Shown: positions 9,778-22,200 of the stretch, piece after piece
Layout: each line of letters starts with the position of its first letter
How positions within the stretch are numbered: position 1 is the first letter of the stretch
Source: Azolla caroliniana
Lineage: Eukaryota > Plantae > Polypodiophyta
Reading direction: 5' to 3'
DNA length: 64,000 nt
NCBI GenBank assembly: GCA_043228905.1
Contig: JBHGNT010000012.1
Span: 5,828,001-5,892,000, forward strand
Notes under the pieces: model-generated
Databases searched by the model: none
What the model was told of the DNA's origin: nothing
The model's input: only the letters and a program-made list of their open reading frames with translations
Made by a program: the position numbers and the translations under genes

Positions 9778-9985
9778 CATCCGGTGAGAGGTTCTCCCCG
9801 GGCCTGCAACATCCGGTTCTCACCGGGTCTTCCTTGTCGGGTACTCGTCATCCGGTTCTCACCGGGTCTTCCATTGCCGGGTACTCCACATCCGGTTCTC
9901 ACTGGGTCTTCCTTGCTGTTCACATCCGGTTCTCATCGGGTCTTCCGTTGCCGGGTACTCCACATCCGGTTCTCACCGGTTCTTC
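9778..9985. repeat. About 39-bp tandem repeat in the Copia-B 3' LTR
   Basis: About 5 copies of CATCCGGTTCTCACCGGGTCTTCCTTGCCGGGTACTCCA. Confidence 0.9.
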
Positions 9986-10042
9986 TGATGCCGAGCCTTC
10001 GTATCCCATCCGGAGGGACCGAGATCCTAACAAACTCCCCCT

Positions 10043-13000
10043 TCACTCCAGCATGGGATGCCTCGTCAATCCGATCCGCTTCTGGCATGCGTCTAGCTTG
10101 TCGGGTGTCAACACGTTGGTTAGCATATCCGACCCGTTCTCCTCCGTGTGGATCTTTGTTAGCACAAACTCTCGGTCTTCTACTCGCTCCTGAATCCAGT
10201 GGTACCTCCACTGGATGTGCTTCGTCCTGGAATGATATGTTGCGTTCTTCGCAAGGTGGATGGCACTTTGACTGTCGCAATAGAGACGGTATTCCTCTTG
10301 CCGGATCCCTAGCTCTTCGGTGAAGTCCTTCATCCATAGTATTTCCTTGCCGGCTTCCACAGCCGCCATGTACTCCGCTTCCGTGGTTGACAACGCAACC
10401 GTCTTCTGCATCCTCGATTGCCACGAAACAGCTCCCCCCGCATATGTCATGACATATCCAGATGTTGACCGGCGGGTATCCGCATCAGCCGACATATCCG
10501 AATCGGTGAAACCGTCAAGTTGGGGTTTACCGGAGCCGAATCGGAGACACATACTTGAGGTGCCTTTCAAGTATCGGAGTATCCATTTTACCGCATTCCA
10601 GTGCTCCTTGCCGGGATTGCTCATAAACCGGCTCACCACTCCGACTGCATATCCGATATCCGGTCGGGTACACACCATTGCGTACATTAGGCTTCCGACG
10701 GCAGAGGCATATAGTATCTTCATTATATCTGCCTTCTCTGCCTTCGTCTTCGGGCTTTGCTTACTGGATAACCTGCAGTTTGCCAGAAGTGTCAATTCGA
10801 TCGGTTTTGCATCTAACATGTTGAACCGCTAAAGTACCTTTGTCACGTACTTCTCTTGTGACAGCCACAATTGCGTCATTGGCCGATCCCAGATGATATG
10901 TATCCCCAGCATCTGTCTTGCCAGACCCAAGTCTTTCATTGAGAAGGTTTGGTTCAGGGCCTTCTTCAGCATCCGTATCTTGACTTGGTCTCGAACGATC
11001 AACATGTCGTCCACGTACAAGAGGAGTATTAGGAAGTCTCCACCTTCGAACTTCTTCACAAATACGCAGTGATCGGTCTGCGTCTTGTGGTACCCTTGAT
11101 CGGTCATGAAGGAGTCGAACTTCCGGTACCATTGTCGGGGAGCTTGCTTCAACCTGTAGAGGATCTTTTTTAACCGGCAAACCAGGTGCTCCTTCCCTTT
11201 CTTCACAAATCCCTCTGGTTGCTGCATGTAGATCTCCTCTTTGAGGTCGCCGTGGAGGAACGTCGTCTTCACGTCTAACTGCTCTACCTTGAGGTCCATG
11301 CTTGCCGCTATGCTCAGCACCGTCTGGATGGAAGTCATCTTTACTACCGGGGCAAATATCTCGTCGAAGTCCACTCCCATCTTCTGCTGGAACCCCTTCT
11401 CCACGATCCTGGCTTTGTACCTTGGAGGGTTGTTGGCATCTCCCAGTTTCAACTTGTACACCCACTTGTTTCGGTGTGCCCTCTTTCCTTTCGGCAACTA
11501 CACCATTTCACACGTGTGGTTCTCATGCAGGGCATCCATCTCGTCCTGCATGGCACTCAGCCACTTGCGGCTATGGGTGTCATCCTTCGCTTCTTCGAAC
11601 CTTTCCGGCTCCCCCTCATCGGTCAGCAGCACATGCTCTGCATCCGGAAATCTCCGGGGGGCACTTCTCTCTCTGAGAGGATATCTCCGTCTTTGGCTTT
11701 CGGCAATCGGCTCCTCTATTTGTTCTTCATCTGAATCCGATTCGGGGTCTTGGTCGGTTCCGATTTCAGCTTCCTCCACTTCTTCTTCTGCCGGTTCGGT
11801 ATCCTCACCGTAACCGGCTGGTTCCTCGAGTGTCAACTGGCTCTTAGCCAGGTGGGTCCGAATCTCATCGGAGTTCATTATCTTCTTCTCCGACTCCCAG
11901 TCGGCAAGAGTCTTGTCCTCCATGAAGATAATATCTTGGCTCCGGAAAACCTTCTTGTAAACCGGATCCCACACTCGGTAGCCGAACTCATCATCGCCGT
12001 ATCCGAGGAATATGCATGGCCAGGTCTTTGGATCCAACTTTTCTCTCCGGTCCTTAGCAACATGCACGTACGCGAGACACCTGAACACCTTCAAATGCCG
12101 GTAGGACACTTCCCTACCGGTCCACACCTTTTGCGGCGTGTCTCCATCCAAGGGCGCTGAGGGTGATCTGTTTATCACATACGTCGCTGTCGACAACGCC
12201 TCAGCCCAAAACGTCTTGGGTAGTTTAGCATGTGCTAGCATACTCCGGACTCTCTCCATTATGGTCCGGTTCATCTTCTCGGTTAGCCCGTTTAGTTCCG
12301 GCGTCTTCGGCAGGGTAAATTCGAGTCAGATTCCCTTCGAGCGGTAGTACTCCTCACTACTCCTCGAACTGCCCCTGGTATTCCCCTCCGTTATCTGCTC
12401 GAACCACCTTCAGCTTCCGTCCAGTTTCTCTTTCCACTCTTGCGTGGAGCTCCTTGAAGACGGATAACACCTGATCCTTCGTCTTCAACGGTGTGGCCCA
12501 CAGCCTCCTACTGTGGTCATCTATGAACGTCACGAAGTACTGCACTCCGGCATGGGACTTCGTGTCCACTTGACACACATCGGTATGCACCAACTCCAAT
12601 GCTGCATTACGTCTCATCGGTGGCCTTGATTGGAAGGAGGTCTGATTTTGCTTACCGGCTAGGCTGTTGGTGCACCTCTCAAGATGCACGTTCTTCACCA
12701 AAATGAGGTTGTCATCGAAAAGCCTCTTCATCCCCTTCACGCTCATGTGACATAGTCTCTTGTGCCACAGCTCACCAGCAGTGTCGGAAGCCACGTTCAC
12801 TTCTTCTGGGCATAACCGGGCATTCATTAGGTACAACGTGTTGACCTTCCGGGCCCGAACCACTATCAGGTTCCCTTTGCTGAATTTCATGACTCCGTTC
12901 CGGATGCTACCCGTGTAGCCTTCATCATCTAGCCGACCGGCTGATATCAGGTTCAGTCGAACCTCCGAAACATGTCGGACATCCTTTAGTAGCAGCTTGC

Positions 13001-13157
13001 ATCCGGTTGGAGTTGTCAACCACACGTCTCCTATGCCGACAATTCGGCATGTACCTTCATTCCCCATCCGGACACAGCCGTGTTCATGGGCTGTGTAGGA
13101 TGAGAAGCATTTTCGGTCCGGGGTAAGGTGGAACGACGCTCCGGAATCGACAACCCA
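10043..13157 (-). pseudogene. Copia-B PR-INT-RT-RH, broken by stops and frameshifts
   Basis: ORFs 12357-13067, 11498-12274, 10829-11497 and 10043-10819 are colinear pieces of a copia pol (YVDD, FTDSD, YCDSQSA). Confidence 0.9.
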
Positions 13158-13425
13158 CCGTTTCTCACCGGGTCTACATCATCCGGTTCTCACCGGGTCT
13201 TCCTTGTCGAGTACTCGTCATCTGGTTTTGGGTACTCCACATCCGGTTCTCACCGGGTCTTCCTTGTTGGGTACTTCACATCCGGTTCTCACCGGGTTTT
13301 CCATTGCCGGGTACTCCACATCCGGTTCTCACCGGGTCTTCCTTGCCGGGTACTTCACATCCGGTTCTCACCGGGTCTTCCGTTATCGGGTACTCCACAT
13401 CCGGTTCTCACCGGGTCTTCCGATG
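13158..13425. repeat. Same 39-bp tandem repeat in the Copia-B 5' LTR remnant
   Basis: About 7 copies of the same unit. Confidence 0.9.
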
Positions 13426-13467
13426 TCGGGCCTTTGTATCCCATACGGAGGGACCGAGATCCTAACA

Positions 13468-13783
13468 GTGACTAGGGGTTGATTCGGGCTTGCCCATCCA
13501 CCTCTCCTTTTCACAAACACATTCGAATACTCATGCCTTGTTTGTGTAAGTCTTCCTTGTGTGTCCATGTGTAAGCCTTCCTTGCGTGCATTCGTTCGCC
13601 TTGGGACTAGGGGTTGATTCGGGCTTGCCCATGCACCTCTCCTTTTCACAAACACATTCGAATACTCGTGCCTTGATTGTGTAAGCCTTCCTTGTGTTGT
13701 GCATGTGAGCCCTATTTCCTTCCCGTCCATAACCCCGGCGGTTCCGCCTCACGATCGGCACATAGTGACGGATTTTCATGACA
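13468..13783 (+). mobile_element. LTR end (U5) of a third Phygy-like element 'Gypsy-D', in the opposite orientation
   Basis: Reverse complement TGTCATGAAAATCCGTCACTATGTGCCGATCGTGAGGCGGAACCGCCGGGGTT matches the Gypsy-2 LTR terminus (16652, 28262); interrupts Copia-C at GGLFV; contains a 136-bp-period repeat. Confidence 0.75.
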
Positions 13784-15249
13784 ACGAATAGTCCGCCGTA
13801 GTCGTCGTATTCAGAGTTGGTGGCATAATTTGTGAGTTGTCGACTTGTCGAAGCCGACTCGCTTCTTCTTTTTCGGCACTCCTCACGGTGGCCGATTTTA
13901 TCACAATAGTTGCAAGTTGTGGGCCTCATTTGCCGACCTTGTTCAGTATGGAAGCTCCCCCTTCGTCCAAAGGTTCCTCGATGGCTTCTGTGAAGGTTTG
14001 AGTTCCCTTCGTGTGATGGGATGAATTGGCCTCTTCTACCGCCGTGACTTCGTCCTCGGCCACTGTCCAAACTTGAGAAGAACATGTGTCCTTCCAACGT
14101 CTTCGTCTTGGTTCGGACGTGGTTCTCTTCGACCAATAACATTGATTGGAGGTCAAAGAATGAAGGAGGATTTTCCCTTGCCAAGATTGCCGTCCTCAAC
14201 TACACCGTCAATTGATGGAGCCAATCGAGTCGGAAATGCTCTTTATCTTGGTGGTGTAGTCCAACACAGACATATCTTCTTGCCGAATGTTGTTCAACTC
14301 TTGTCGGAGTTGAAGCTTTCGGGTGGTCATGTTGGCGTCGAACATTTTCTTTAAGTTTGCCCACGCTTCTTTAGGTGTATTGGCATCTCGAATGTGGCTA
14401 AGCATGTGGTCGTGGACACATGTTGCCAAGCAATACATGGCTTGACTCACTGCTTGCTCCCATATTGCATAGTCGGCGTTCTTTGAGTCGGGTCGATTTT
14501 CTTGTGCGTCATTGATGTAGCTCCAATACCCTTGGGCAACAAGGTATTGGTTCATCTTTTACTCCCAAGATGAATAATTGCTTCGGTCTAGCTTTTCACT
14601 AGGGAGCGAGCTACCCATTTGTGTGTTCATGTTGATTAGTGTCTTCTCTTCTTTTTCTTCTTTGGCTTTTCTTCCTTCGATCACGTGCTACGTAGCAACA
14701 CTACGGTAACGGATAGCCGGATTTTATCTTCGGTGTCTCGAACACACAATCACGGAGTCGGGTGGGCTTAGTGGATTTTCTAAACCTCTCGCTCTAATAC
14801 CATGTTAAGAATTAGGTAATTAAGCAAGGGTTAGTTAGTACCTAATTATGTGATTAAGTTAAGCAGAATATTAAGTGGTATGTGTGTGTATGTGTTTGAG
14901 AGGAAGAGAGAGAGGAGGATACACTTATGAACAACGACAAGATGGGGGATGAGTAACTATATTAAAAAGCATCATTAAAATCCAAAAAAACCCACAATGA
15001 GGTATATATACAACTCATGTGCAACGATGCACATGCGTGAGTAGAATATAGGTACAAGGATGTAAGTCCTATATTATTGTCAATATACTTGGTAGTGGAG
15101 GATCTTGAATGTATCCCCACTTACGTACAAAGTAAAAAATCCTATTTAAGGGTTTATAGTCAACACTCCTAACTAGATTCTATCTAGGTAACTACGAAGT
15201 TACATGGTTGATTAAATAACTAAACTAAGTTGAGCTTGATCTCTCAACA
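13784..15249 (-). mobile_element. Copia element 'Copia-C' (5' LTR plus decayed gag)
   Basis: LTR 14803-15249 (TGTTAAG...CTCAACA), degenerate iMet PBS TGGTATTAGAGC, gag homologous to Copia-A (KLQLRQEL, SFFDLQSMLLVEE). Confidence 0.85.
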
Positions 15250-16651
15250 TTCTTCAAGTAACTTCTGGACGACGTCTATCTGTACTTCGTCCAGCGTATA
15301 GAAATCCTCTGACTACTCCTCTCGAATGGTGATTATACTTTCTTCGTCCACCTTGTAGAAGTTGTCACTGACTTTCTTCCGGTTTTCGGCATCGGCACAG
15401 AGAATCTAGAGCTCAGACGCCTACTTCAACCACTGATTCCAGACAGTCGCGGAACAATATTCTACTTTCTCTCTCATTCATTATCCTTGGCCTCCAATAA
15501 TCATTCGGATGCGTTTGTAATGCATGCCAGTTACTCCGTAGTGTGCTTCCCCTAGTACCGCCTCCTTTTCATCACTTTGAACAACTCTTCTCCATACGTC
15601 GTCGGCTCCTTTGTGGTATAGTGTGTCATGTAATAGGCAGAAATGCATGTTCTGCATTGCCAACTGCCTCCGTTCATCCCAGTTCATCTCCTTCGGCAGC
15701 AGTCTGCTACTCAGAAATTTGTGCATGTCCATCATCCATTTATCTTCCACCAATACCGACTCATCTGTTGCCTCTTCCGTAGTGATTTTAAACAATTGAG
15801 CATTCGGAAATTCATCATGGAGCCCATCACCGGATTCTCCGAACTCCAACTGGCTTAAGTAATTTGCTACGACATGTTGAACTCCGGGCCTATGGTATAT
15901 GTCAAACTCAAATTCTTGCAGAAGCAAGGTCTATCTAGCTAGTTTACCGGTTAGTGAAGCTTTGGACACAAGATATACCAACGTCGAATGATCGACATGG
16001 AAGGAAAACTTCCGGCCTAACAAATAGTGTTGGTACTTGGTCACACTATACATCATTCCCAGTGCTTCTCATTCCGTTGTGGAATAATTTCGATCGTCCT
16101 TTGAGAGCTTCCAGATTGCGTAGTACACCAGCCAGTACCATTTAGGTTCTGTGAGTTGTATTAACACACTCCCGATTGCCACATTCTATGCATCGACAAA
16201 CACGTAGAAATCCTTCGTCCAGTCAAGTGGTTGTACTACCGGGGCCTGTGATAACATCACCTTTAGCACTTGATACGCCTTGTCTTCATGATCCATCCAT
16301 TGAAACGGCAATCGGTGCATCGCGACATGTAGTGGTGTGGCAAAAACTACTAAATACTAGCATCTGGCAAGGCCACCGGATTTGGCCGAGAAAGCGGCTT
16401 AATGCCTTTGCGTTTGTCGGTGCCGGTGCTTGCAAAATCTCCTTCACTTTATTCGGATTGACAACGATCCCTTCCTTACTCACAATGTGGCCGAACAATG
16501 CGCCGCTGGTTACTTCGAAATTGCATTTTGCCGCGTTCAACCTCAGCTTGACGGTCCGATATTTCTCTAAACACATCCGGAGATGCTCCAAGTGCTCTGT
16601 CTTACAAATATACACAACGACGTCATCCAGGAACACCTGCATAAATGCCGG
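15250..16651 (-). mobile_element. Old gypsy 'Gypsy-H', left part (RT C-terminus, RNase H, integrase start)
   Basis: QVFLDD, GHIVSKEGI, LLQEFEFDIYHRPG; reading frame continues at 29445 across Gypsy-2. Confidence 0.8.
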
Positions 16652-17214
16652 TGTTGTGAAGATCCGTCACTAGGCGTAGATCGTGAGGTGGAACCACCGG
16701 GGTTCTAGACCGGAAGGATTCGAAGTTTGCACTAACTTTAGCGAGAAAGGATTTAAGATAGATTAAAAGAGAGAGAGAGAGAGATTTAAATGCTTGACTT
16801 TGGGTCGAGAGAGATTGATATGGCGTGAGAGAGATAGATAGAGATTAAGATTAGACCCTTGACTTTAGATTTAAGAAACAAGATACACCATCAATTGGAG
16901 AAGAAATTTTTCTTCTTCTTCAATTCTTGAATAATACATAGCATCCTTTTGATCTTTTTCATCCACCCTTTTATAGATGCTCCCATGCATATGATGCATG
17001 TGAAGGTACAAAACATGCATACAATGCATGGAATGCATGTTTGCCATTTGGCGCTCATGCATCACATGTTACTCAATCAAGCTCTAATAAGAGAATTTAC
17101 ATGTAAAACTATAATAATAGGGAAAACATTTCTAAGGAAATGACATAGTCTAGTGGTAGGTCTATTGACTCTCAACTTGGAGGTGCATGGATCACATTTT
17201 CATTTGCACTTCTT

Positions 17215-17256
<42 letters not shown>

Positions 17257-17727
17257 ATATATATATATGTATGTATGTATGTTTACAAGGCGTTTCTGCG
17301 TCTGGTCGTCGTCTCGCCAGCTCCGTCCAAAACACATAATTATATGCATTTGGCTACATCCATTTGTTAAGTCATATAACTTAACCTTTCTATGCTCCAC
17401 ACATAAACACAAAGATAATAGTTTTTGCTATGGCTTATATATGGTGGGATCCTTATTTATCCTATCTATGTGGGATATCACATTGTTTTATTTTTCTCTT
17501 TTTCTTTGCAAACTTTATACCCACAGAACTTGACACTTAGATGTCTGTTTCCTACATAGTAAAGTGCATTCAAAAGCTCTTCAAGACCTTTATCTGTTTG
17601 TACCAAGATATTAAACTTATTTAAATAGTATCTTCACTATTATTGTTTTATATTTCATGAGAAGAACCACACTCGATTTCGTATATTCTTCACAAGTTTC
17701 ACACTATTTCCGAAAATCTTCATGACA
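16652..17727 (-). repeat. Gypsy-2 3' LTR
   Basis: TGTTGTGAAG...CTTCATGACA; alignable to 28262-29444. Confidence 0.92.
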
Positions 17728-19274
17728 TCCACCCACCAAACCGCACATCCTCCGGTATGTGCCAAGAAGAGAGAGTGTGAGATTTCGGCTACGGTGATCA
17801 ATCAGATTCCTACACGTCTTTATTCACAACTGCCATATTATCTTCATCGTTGAGGTGATCGAGATCAGGATCCTCGTCTTGTCTTTTCTTGAAAATCTTT
17901 ACTCTTTTTCCCGCAATGGGTATGGCCAACCTAGATCCATCTAGCTCCGCAAGGTGGTATGTTGCATTGTCGTTGGCACTTATCACTATATACGGTCTCA
18001 ACCATCTTCTTGCGAACTTCCTTGTTGTACTGTGTTGATTGTCAAGGCTGTTGTCGTAGACCAATACCCAATCTCCTTCTTCGATCTTCTTGGGACGTAG
18101 TCGATGCGTCTTGTCGAACCGAATTTTGTTCTTCACTCGGGCTGCCTCCATCATCTTTCGTGCTTTTTCTAGATCTTCAGATCTTCTTTCAAGTTTCCTT
18201 ATTCGTGCCGCTAATAGCTCTTCTCGGATCATCTCGTTCTTCTTTCAAGTTGCCTTATCCGTGCCACTAATAGCTCTTCTCGGCTCATCTCGTTCTCCCA
18301 TGGTATCGCTAAACCCATTCTCAAATCTTGCCCTCGATAGCATGTCAGCCATGGCGTTCTTCTTCCCTGCAATATGGCAGATCTCTGTGTTTAAAGACTT
18401 GATATAGGCGATCCACCTTAGCATATCTAGATCTAGTGTCGCACATCCTAAGATCATCCCGAGGATTGGGAGACAATCTGTCTCAATTATTACTTCCGAC
18501 CCGATCAGGTAGTCTTTGTCTGTCTTCACTGCCGACACAATACCCCAAAGTTCTCGCTTGACTTGGGCGTATCTTTGTTGTCGTTCGCTGAGAACCTTTG
18601 CTCCGAACCGGATGGCATACCGTGCATTATCTTCTCCTTCTTGGTTGATGAACCACCCAATTCCGGTTGGGCTCGTATCCACAGTCACATAAATCGGCTT
18701 CCCTTCGGTATAGTCGGCCTTTCTTAGTGTTGGAGCTTCAAGAAGTAGTTTCTTCAATCTTCGCATCGCATTTGTGTGCTCGTCTCGCCATTCGAACTTC
18801 ATTGTTTTCTTTAGCAATCCATATAAAGGCTCAACGATATGAGCGTAGTGTGGAATCCGGATATGATAAAACGCGCATGCTCCAAGGAACCTTTGAACCT
18901 CCGTTTGGTTTACACATTCTTCTTTCATGTCCTGGATCGCATTCACCTTGGATGGCGAAGGCTTCCGGCCATATGCTCCACACAAGTGACCTACCACCAA
19001 GATCTCTGGTTTCCCGACTGCAGATTTTTCTCCCGAAAATGGCAAATTCGCATCTTCGAGCCTTTGAAGCACCTTCTCGCAATCTTTCATATGATCTGCG
19101 ACGAACTTCCTACACCCTTCCTTATCTTTCAATTCATCTTTCTCCTCATCCAAACATCCTTTTATCGGAATATCATCCAAGAATGACATCATGATGTCCG
19201 GGATGCAATCCTTCAAGACCTTGTTCATGGCATTCACTATATGCGCCACCGAGTTCATTGCACCTTGAGGTAAG

Positions 19275-22200
19275 TGTAAAGAATAGCGTGCGGAAGCAAA
19301 ACAACTTAAATCTATTATCAACGATTCTATAAAATTCTTTGTACATACAACGTGTTCAACAACACTATTTATACAAGTCCTAAGAGGACTAACAGAAGTA
19401 GAGTGTACTTCAATGCTCACACGAGCGTCTAACACTAACTACGAGACATTAACTACCTAGTTGTCTAGGTTACCACTAGGCTTCCGGTTACTGCTTGATC
19501 CGGCTAACCGGCTCCCCAGCTCACCGGCTCACCGATCCGGATCTGGTTGAGCTTGCCACTCAACACTCCCCCTCAAGCTCAACTTGAGGTCGGATCGTAG
19601 TCTCAATCTCCATGGCAATCGGTCCTTCCACCTGGCTCCTTCTAGTGTCACTCCGCCTTGGTCGCGCTCCTCGTCTGGTCCAGTCCCATTTGCCGCGACC
19701 CTTCTAATTCTTCGCACCTCGACCTCCTCAATCGGCTTATCTGCTCAACAGGCCCAATTCAACTCCCTCACTGTCGTGACTTTGGCGCTTGCCGATTCGC
19801 CGATTCCCTTGTGTTGGCGTTGACTTTTGTTGCCTTCTCGTCCTCTTGGCCTTAAATTGATTCAATTCTTCCGAATCTGTCTATTGAACCGAATCGGCTG
19901 TCTCCGATCCATTGCAGCTCTTGTCTGAATCGGTCGCTCCCGATTCGTCTTCCGGTTCTAGGCCCTTCACCACATCGGACCATGTCCGAGTCTTGGCATT
20001 CTTCTTCCGGTCGGCTCTATCCTTCTTGACTCTGTCGCCGCTGCCGCTTGTTCCGACTTGTTCGGATGTGTCAACTTCCTTTGTCGACTCAGCTCCTTTC
20101 TTCTTCTTGTCTCTCCCTTTGTCGGTCCTTCCCTCACCGGCGCAATCAGTAGTTTCTTTGCCTTTGCCCGTTCCGGAAGATTAGGATTGGGGTCGTCGCA
20201 GTAGATCCGCAGGTCTTGCAGTAGTCGCCGAAGCCAAATGGCTTCACAGGTGGCTATGGTAGCACCCCGGTATTCAGCCTCAATGCTTGAAAGGCCCACT
20301 GTTGGCTGCTTTTTACTGCTCCACGCAACAACTGCGCTACCAAGGGAAAACATATAGTCGGAGGTGGATCGGCGATCCGATGCATCGTCGGCCCAGTCGG
20401 CATCAGTGTAGCAGACTAGCTCTTCAGTTATACCATGCCGTTATAACAGTCCTCGGGCCTTCGTGCCGCTCACATATCGCAAAATTCGATGTGCGCACAG
20501 AAGGTGCTCCATGGTTGGCTTCTGCATATATTGGCTGATCACGCCGACCGGATAACTGATGTCGGGTCGGGTGATTGTCAAATATATAAGGCCTTTGATG
20601 ATTTGTCGGAACCACTTCTCATCGCAGGCCTGTCCGGAGTTGGGACGGAGCTTCTAGTTCCGGTCTAGGGGTTTGGAGATCGGTCGACATTCCGCCATGC
20701 CGAACTTGTACAGCATATTCAACACATAGTGTCTTTGTGAGAGCAATATGCCATTGGGGGTTCGGATCACCTCGATCCCAAGGAAATAGTGAAGGTCCCC
20801 CAGGTCCTTCATCTCAAATGCGTCCGACAGCTAGGACTTGACTTGGCTAATTTCATCGAGTCCGGGTCCGGTGATGACTAGATCATCAACATACAGCAAG
20901 ATGCAAACCGGGCCGTCCGGACCTTGCCGGATGAACAATGAAGAGTCGAACTTGGAGGCCGCAAACCCCATCTTACGCAATTGGTGCGTGATCTTCGAAT
21001 TCCAAGCTCGGGGGGCTTGCTTGAGGCCATAAAGTGACTTCGTCAGCCGGCATACCGTCGACTTGTTCATCTCTGACTGGAAACCGGGGGGTTGGGTCAT
21101 AAAGACCTCTTCACGTCCATCTGGTGAAGATGCCACCCCCTTGCCGCAGCAACCGCCAACACCACACGAACCGTCATCATCTTTGCTACCGGAGCGAAGG
21201 TCTCGTCGTAGTCGATCCCGTGGGTCTGCGCATATCCCTTTGCCACTAACCGGGCCTTGTACCGGTTAACCAAACCATCGGCATTGTACTTTACCTTATA
21301 CACCCACTTACATCTGATCGATTTACAGTGTCGAGGAGGGTCAACTAGGTTCCATGTGTCGTTGGCATCAAGTGCCCGCATTTCTTCCTCCATAACGGCA
21401 CACCAATTTGCGTCCTTTGCCACTTCTTCATAGTTCTCCAGCTCACGCACTTCCGCCACCTTGGTCATGTACGCATAGTGATGCGCCATGTGCTCATTGT
21501 ACCCATACCACATCACGGGGTTCTTCAGGCGGGAAGACCGGCGTAACTTGGTATTACCCGGTTTGGGGCCCTTCTTGGCCAGGTCGGACTTCTTTCCCGA
21601 TGATCCGCCTTCATCCTTTCCAGAGTCGGATTCGCTCCGATTCATCTCAACGTTGCCGGTTTCATATTCCGGCATCTTCTTCTTCCCCTTCTCTTTGTGC
21701 GTGAATCGTCTCCTCGGTTCCTTGCGCGGGGAGAGCACGGAAAAGTCTCCACTACTCGCCGGTTCCTCATCTGATTGGTCATCCCAACTTAGCCACTCAT
21801 TCGGTCCACTTAGCCGGAATGAGATCAGACTCTCTTCTAGAGTGCCGAGGTCTTCATCTTCTAACTGGACCGGTTAAGGCTCACTAGCCTCATCCTCCGG
21901 TATCGGGTCGAGGTCGGAAGTCAGAGCTGGTAAGGCATACCATGATGTCGTCTCATCAAACTCAACATCCTGGCTAACTCGAACCTGCTTCGTTCGGGGG
22001 TTATAACATTTATACCCCTTTTGCTCATGCGAGTAACAGACTAGGATGCATTTCTCTGACTTTGCATCCAACTTCCTCTACTTCTCATCCGGCACATGCA
22101 CATATGCAATGCTACCAAATATCCGAAGGTGTCTAAAATTCGGCTTGCGCCCGAAATATAGCTCATGCGCAGACACCTTGTCACCGATCCGGTTTTGGAT

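Larger units (their letters stand above)
9335..13467 (-). mobile_element. Tnt1/Tork-like copia element 'Copia-B', internally deleted
   Basis: 3' LTR 9335-10032 (TGTTAGG on minus), PPT TGAAGGGGGAGTT, RT/RH motifs SLMYAMVCTRPDI and HWNAVKWILRYLKGT; 5' LTR remnant 13158-13467 fused directly to protease WVVDSGAS. Confidence 0.9.

Noticed and set aside
9204-10193. 329-aa plus-strand ORF
   Set aside because: Spans two unrelated LTRs and a tandem repeat whose period is a multiple of 3; no protein motifs
13158-13425. Regularly spaced repeats resembling a CRISPR array (also 9778-9985 and 48330-48510)
   Set aside because: The spacers are themselves repeated, the arrays lie inside copia LTRs, the context is eukaryotic and there are no cas genes
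18245-19435. 396-aa ORF as a novel fusion protein
   Set aside because: Its N-terminus is read from the inserted Copia-E LTR; the rest is Gypsy-2 RT/RH
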